Source of the DNA: an uncultured delta proteobacterium
GTDB lineage: Bacteria > Desulfobacterota > Binatia > DP-6
Reading direction: 5' to 3'
Length of the DNA: 64,000 nt
NCBI GenBank assembly: GCA_963815115.1
Contig: CAWFFN010000009.1
Span: 1,280,001 to 1,344,000, forward strand
The notes beneath the pieces were generated by a model that was not told the DNA's origin, did no database searches, and was given only the letters and a program-made list of their open reading frames with translations. The translations under genes and the position numbers were made by a program. Shown piece by piece: positions 59,653 through 64,000 of the stretch (the stretch's first letter is position 1; every line of letters starts with the position of its first letter).

Positions 59653-61023
59653 GTGGAACCGCGCCGCCGCATCCACGTCACCACGCTGGGGTGCCCCAAG
59701 AACCAGGTGGACAGCGAGGTCATGCTCGGCGTGCTGACGCGCGCCGGTCACGAGATCGTGCTCGATCCGGACGCCGCCGACGTGCTGGTGGTGAACACGT
59801 GCGCCTTCATCGGACCGGCGAAGGAGGAGTCGATCGACGCCGTCCTGGAGGCGGCGCGGGTCAAGGCCGCGCGCGAGGGCCGCCGCCTGGTGGTCACCGG
59901 CTGCCTGGCCCAGCGCTACGCCGACGACCTCGCGCGCGAGCTGCCCGAGGTCGATGCCCTGGTCGGCACCGGCGGGCTGACGCGCATCGCCGAGGCGGTG
60001 ACGGGCCCGGCGGCCGCTGCCCCCGTCGTCTATCGCGGTGCCCAGCACGAGCTGCCGGCCCACGGCGTGTCGCCGCGCGTGCGGGCGGGTGCCTGGTGGA
60101 CGGCGTACCTGAAGGTCTCCGAGGGCTGCGATCACCGCTGTAGCTTCTGCATCATCCCGAAGATCCGGGGCCGGCACGAGAGCCGTTCCCTGGCGGACGT
60201 CGTCCAGGAAGCCGAGCATCTGGCGGCCGACGGTGCGCTCGAGCTCAACCTCATCGCCCAGGACCTGACCGCCTATGGGCGCGACCTGCGCGACGGGACG
60301 ACGCTTGCCATGCTGCTGCGCGCGCTCGCGGTACGGGTGCCGGGGGTGCGCTGGTTGCGGCTCCTGTACGCCTACCCGTCGTCGGTGACCGACGACCTGC
60401 TCGAGGTGATCGGGGACGAGCCCGCGGTGTGCACGTACCTCGACATGCCGCTGCAGCACGTCGCGGACGGCATGCTGCGGGCGATGCGACGCGAGCGCAC
60501 GGGAGCCGCGCTGCGGGCGCTCGTGCGTCGCATCCGGCGAGCCGTTCCCGGCATCACCCTGCGCTCGTCGTTCATCGTCGGCTTCCCGGGAGAGCGCGAG
60601 GCGGACGTCGACGAGCTGTGCGCGTTCCTGGAGGAGTTCGAGCTCGACCGGGTCGGGGTGTTCCGATACTCGCGCGAGGAGGGTACGGCGGCTGCGACCC
60701 ACGCCGAGCAGATCCCGGAGCGCGTCAAGCGTCGCCGCTGGGAACGCGTCATGGCCATTCAGGCGCGGGTGGCCGCCGCCCGGTCGCGGGCACAGATCGG
60801 CCGCGAGCTGGAAGTGCTCATCGAGGGCGACGGCGCGCGTCCCGGTACGCTCGTCGGGCGCACCCGGGACCAGGCGCCGGAGATCGACGGCATCGTGACG
60901 GTGCACGGGGAAGGGTCTCCGGGAGACCTCGTCCGGGTCCGCATCACGGGCGCCGACACCTACGATCTCGTCGGCTCCATGCTCGAGACGACCGGCGTTG
61001 ACTTGGGTGGTACGAGGCTCTAG
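59653..61023 (+). CDS. rimO: Ribosomal protein S12 methylthiotransferase
   Basis: LGCPKNQVDSE, NTCAFI, AYLKVSEGCDHRCSFCIIP, YLDMPLQH, APEIDG (TRAM). Confidence 0.95.
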   Translation: MEPRRRIHVTTLGCPKNQVDSEVMLGVLTRAGHEIVLDPDAADVLVVNTCAFIGPAKEESIDAVLEAARVKAAREGRRLVVTGCLAQRYADDLARELPEVDALVGTGGLTRIAEAVTGPAAAAPVVYRGAQHELPAHGVSPRVRAGAWWTAYLKVSEGCDHRCSFCIIPKIRGRHESRSLADVVQEAEHLAADGALELNLIAQDLTAYGRDLRDGTTLAMLLRALAVRVPGVRWLRLLYAYPSSVTDDLLEVIGDEPAVCTYLDMPLQHVADGMLRAMRRERTGAALRALVRRIRRAVPGITLRSSFIVGFPGEREADVDELCAFLEEFELDRVGVFRYSREEGTAAATHAEQIPERVKRRRWERVMAIQARVAAARSRAQIGRELEVLIEGDGARPGTLVGRTRDQAPEIDGIVTVHGEGSPGDLVRVRITGADTYDLVGSMLETTGVDLGGTRL

Positions 61024-61026
61024 ATT
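60998..61026 (+). promoter_or_regulatory. Putative sigma70 promoter of dksA overlapping the rimO 3' end
   Basis: TTGACT-N17-TAGATT followed by GC-rich CCCGCCC and then GAGGAGG. Confidence 0.6.
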
Positions 61027-61056
61027 CCCGCCCCCTCGAGGAGGGGGGGTAGGACG

Positions 61057-61482
61057 ATGCGCAAGGCGTTTCTCAAGAAAGCGCGGGACACGCTCGAAGA
61101 GATGCGCGCACAGCTCCTCCGGAGCGTCCAGCAGGACCTGAACGAGGTCCGCGATCAGAGCAAGGACGAGGGGATGGATACCTACGACCTTGCCAGCGAC
61201 GCTCGCGACAAGGAGATCAACCTCATCCTGGGCGACCGCGACCGTGAGAAGGTCCAGGCCATCGACGAGGCGTTCGGCCGCATCGATGACGGTAGCTATG
61301 GCATCTGCGAGAGCTGCGAGGGCGAGATCGCCGAGGCGCGGCTGCAGGCCCTGCCCTTCACTCGCCTGTGCGTCAACTGCCAGGCCGAGCGGGAGCGTGA
61401 GCTGAAGCTGAACCGCCGGTTCGAGGAGAACCGCGGCGTGCGCCACCTCGGCACCAGCGACGGCGAGGACGAGGGCACCTAG
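61057..61482 (+). CDS. dksA: DksA/TraR-family C4 zinc-finger RNAP-binding protein
   Basis: Coiled-coil tip DTYDLA (DxxDxA), YGICESC...RLQALP...CVNC. Confidence 0.88.
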   Translation: MRKAFLKKARDTLEEMRAQLLRSVQQDLNEVRDQSKDEGMDTYDLASDARDKEINLILGDRDREKVQAIDEAFGRIDDGSYGICESCEGEIAEARLQALPFTRLCVNCQAERERELKLNRRFEENRGVRHLGTSDGEDEGT

Positions 61483-61490
61483 GCCGTTTC

Positions 61491-61534
61491 CGCTCGGGCG
61501 ATGGCGAGCGTCGCGCCTCCGATGGTCGGAGGCG
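61491..61534. terminator. Two adjacent hairpins between convergent dksA and YIP1-like genes
   Basis: CGCTCG/CGAGCG (61491-61510) and CGCCTCCGA/TCGGAGGCG (61514-61534). Confidence 0.45.
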
Positions 61535-61539
61535 GCAGG

Positions 61540-62058
61540 CTAGGGGTGCCAGCCGCGTAGCCCGATGGCCAGGACGAGCAGCGCCGCGCTCTTCACCCCC
61601 ACCGCGAGCACGGCGCGGGTCGTGTCGAACTGCTGCACCCGCTCGACACCGCGCACCTGGAGATACCAGGAGTAGAGGAGGGCGAGCACCCAGACCCTGG
61701 GGATCCAGAGGAAGGCGACGGGTGCCGCGGCGTACGCCACGACCCGGAACATCGGCTCGAAGCCGGCCCGGCCGTCGAACAGGTTCTGCGCCACCAGGGT
61801 GAGCGCCGCGGCCGCCACGAAGGCGGCTGCCATCACGGCGACGAAGGTCCCGACCACGGCGCCGATCCTCCACGAGAAGAGGAGGGTGCCGACGGCGTCC
61901 ACGGCCGCACAGACGGCCAGGAAGGCGAGCGGCTCCTGGAGGCCGCCGGCCTGCGCCATATCGGCGAAGAAGCTCCGCGGGTCGCTCATCACGCGACGCC
62001 AGGTGTCGACGAAGCCGGTCGCGGGCGGCGGTAGGGCCTCGAAGCTCGGCGTGGACAT
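61540..62058 (-). CDS. YIP1-family membrane protein
   Basis: TWRRVMSDPRSFF, FEPMFRVVAYA and several TM segments. Confidence 0.75.
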   Translation of the reverse strand: MSTPSFEALPPPATGFVDTWRRVMSDPRSFFADMAQAGGLQEPLAFLAVCAAVDAVGTLLFSWRIGAVVGTFVAVMAAAFVAAAALTLVAQNLFDGRAGFEPMFRVVAYAAAPVAFLWIPRVWVLALLYSWYLQVRGVERVQQFDTTRAVLAVGVKSAALLVLAIGLRGWHP

Positions 62059-62094
62059 GGTTCGGTGGTATAGCGACGACGGTTGCGCGCGTCC

Positions 62095-63411
62095 ATGAGC
62101 ACGACCGCGCTGCGCGCAGCGGCGCACGCCTGCTTCGATGCCGCCCTGGCGGCCGTGGAGCCGGGACGGCTCGTGACGGCGGCGCTCGCGCGCGACGGCG
62201 GCCGGCTCGAGCTCCGGCTCGGGGCCACCGTCGCCGTCCACCGCGGCCCGGTGCTCCTGGCCGGCGCTGGCAAGGCGGCACGGTCGATGGCGTGCGCGGC
62301 GGCGACGGTGGTGCGGCCGCGAGGGGGGATCGTGATCGTGCCCCACGCGCAGACCGGCGCGCTCCCCGGCGCGGTGGAGATTCTCGGCGGCGCTCATCCG
62401 ATACCGGACTCCGCCGGGGAGGCCGGCACGGCGAAGCTGCTGGAGCTGGTCAAATCTGCTGGCGCCGACACCCTGGTGGTGGTGCTCCTCAGCGGCGGCG
62501 CCTCGGCGCTCCTGGTTGCGCCCGCGCCGGGGATCGTCCTTGCCGACAAGCAGGCCGTCACCACGGCGCTGCTCGAGTCGGGAGCGGACGTGTCGGCGAT
62601 GAACGTCGTTCGACGGCACTGCTCGCGAGTGAAGGGAGGCGGCCTGCTGCGGGCCGCGCGCCGCGCCCGCGCGGTCTGGACGCTGCTGCTCTCCGACGTC
62701 GTCGGCGACGATCCGGCGACGATCGGGTCCGGTCCGACCGCGGCCGATCCGACGACCTTCGCCGATGCGCTCGCCGTGCTCCGGCGATGGCTTGCGCCGG
62801 ACGTCGTCCCGCCGCGGATACGCGCACGCCTCGAGGCCGGCGCCGCCGGCACCGCTCCGGAAACGCTCAAGCCGGGCGATCCGATCCTGGCGCGCGCGAG
62901 ACTCGAGATGCTGGCCGACAACCGGACCGCGGTGGCGGCGGCGGCGGATGCCGCGCGCATGCGCGGCTTCGAGCCACGCGTGCTCTCCGAGCCGCTCGTC
63001 GGGGATGCCGCGTCCGCGGGCCACCTCATCGTGGCCCGCCTCATGGAGGGGCCCTCGACTCGCCCCGTCGCCGTCATCGCCGGTGGCGAGACCACGGTCC
63101 GCGTCGTGCGTGGCGGCAGCGGCGGTCGTTCGCAGCATCTGGCGCTGGCCGCGGCCGTGGTCCTCGAGGGTCTCCAGGGGGTGGTGCTGGCGGCGGGGAC
63201 GGATGGTGTCGACGGGCCGACCGGTGCCGCCGGGGCATGCGTCGACGGTGGGACGGTGACGCGCGCCCGCGCCCGCGGGTTCGATCCGCTTGCGGCGCTC
63301 GCTGCGACCGCGAGCCACCCCGTCCTCGACGCCGCGGGGGATCTGCTGCGGACCGGCGCCACCGGCACCAACGTGGCCGACCTGGTGGTTGCCCTGCGGC
63401 CCGCGTGCTAA
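62095..63411 (+). CDS. Glycerate 2-kinase (MOFRL / DUF4147 family)
   Basis: GAGKAA, HPIPD, LSGGASAL, VKGGGL, SDVVGDD..TIGSGPT, GGETTV, GTDGVDGPT, TGTNVADL. Confidence 0.92.
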   Translation: MSTTALRAAAHACFDAALAAVEPGRLVTAALARDGGRLELRLGATVAVHRGPVLLAGAGKAARSMACAAATVVRPRGGIVIVPHAQTGALPGAVEILGGAHPIPDSAGEAGTAKLLELVKSAGADTLVVVLLSGGASALLVAPAPGIVLADKQAVTTALLESGADVSAMNVVRRHCSRVKGGGLLRAARRARAVWTLLLSDVVGDDPATIGSGPTAADPTTFADALAVLRRWLAPDVVPPRIRARLEAGAAGTAPETLKPGDPILARARLEMLADNRTAVAAAADAARMRGFEPRVLSEPLVGDAASAGHLIVARLMEGPSTRPVAVIAGGETTVRVVRGGSGGRSQHLALAAAVVLEGLQGVVLAAGTDGVDGPTGAAGACVDGGTVTRARARGFDPLAALAATASHPVLDAAGDLLRTGATGTNVADLVVALRPAC

Positions 63412-63423
63412 GCGGAGGCGGCG

Positions 63424-64000
63424 ATGCCAGCAGGGGCCGCGAACGTCTCCGAGCTGTTCGTCTCGTTCCAGGGCGAGGGGGCGCACGTCGGCCGCCGTCA
63501 GCTGTTCGTACGCTTTGCGGGGTGTCCGCTGCGCTGCCGCTGGTGCGACACGCCGGGGAGTCTGCTCCCGGTCGCCGAGTGCCGCGTGCTCGGCGTCGAC
63601 GGCGAGCGCCACCTGCCGAATCCGCTCTCGGCCGAGGCGCTGGACGCCCAGGTCGAGGCGCTGCGCACGTCCGCTCCGCCGCTACATGCGGTGGCCGTCA
63701 CCGGAGGCGAGCCGCTGGCCCAGGTCGAGTTCCTCGCAACCTGGCTCGAGCGACGACGGGACGATCTCCCGGTCCTGCTGGAGACCGCCGGCATCCTGCC
63801 TGCCCGTCTGGAGCGCGTCCTGCCATACGTCGCCATCGTGAGCCTCGACTTCAAGTGTCCGAGCAACACCGGCGAGCGGGCGTGCTGGGACGAGCACGAG
63901 GCCTGCCTGCGGCTTGCGGTCGCCGCCGGACGCGACGTCTACGTCAAGATGCCCGTCGACGAGACGACGGCCCCCGAGGACGTGGAGCGCGGCGCGCGGC
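63424..64000 (+). CDS. queE: 7-carboxy-7-deazaguanine synthase (truncated by window end)
   Basis: ELFVSFQGEG, FVRFAGCPLRCRWCDT, VTGGEPL, LETAG. Confidence 0.88.
   Translation, partial: MPAGAANVSELFVSFQGEGAHVGRRQLFVRFAGCPLRCRWCDTPGSLLPVAECRVLGVDGERHLPNPLSAEALDAQVEALRTSAPPLHAVAVTGGEPLAQVEFLATWLERRRDDLPVLLETAGILPARLERVLPYVAIVSLDFKCPSNTGERACWDEHEACLRLAVAAGRDVYVKMPVDETTAPEDVERGAR

Noticed and set aside
63424-64000. queE as part of a 7-deazaguanine DNA-modification (dpd) system
   Set aside because: No dpd genes are visible and the gene is cut by the window edge; ordinary queuosine synthesis is the simpler reading.

Overview
Very GC-rich bacterial chromosomal segment. Gene order and protein style suggest a former-'Deltaproteobacteria' lineage such as Binatia or Myxococcota (inference only). 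Most of the window is core genome: dnaG(3' end)-rpoD-tRNA(CAT)-zinc-ribbon gene-rnpB; a dcw cluster from mraZ to ftsZ with no ddl; glpK-rpmE-prfA-prmC-murA-hisDBHAF; trxB, moaC, rlmI-like, radC, ssb; plsC-rnj-ftsK-MFS-lolA-yajQ-rimO-dksA; glycerate kinase and partial queE. Between about 20.9 and 39.3 kb lies a more accessory stretch with the best candidates. (1) A secreted, strikingly animal-like lysyl oxidase with an intact Cu His triad, LTQ Lys/Tyr and disulfide Cys, apparently co-transcribed with an 8-Cys secreted protein of unknown function. (2) A BagA/BagB-like ArsA/Get3 ATPase pair beside a phasin-like protein, MoxR/VWA genes, three tandem Hsp20 genes, and an acyltransferase homologue with substituted catalytic residues coupled to glpK. 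I saw no CRISPR array, rRNA, transposase or integrase. At least one homopolymer frameshift suggests possible sequencing indels. All assignments come from motif recognition by eye; no searches were run.
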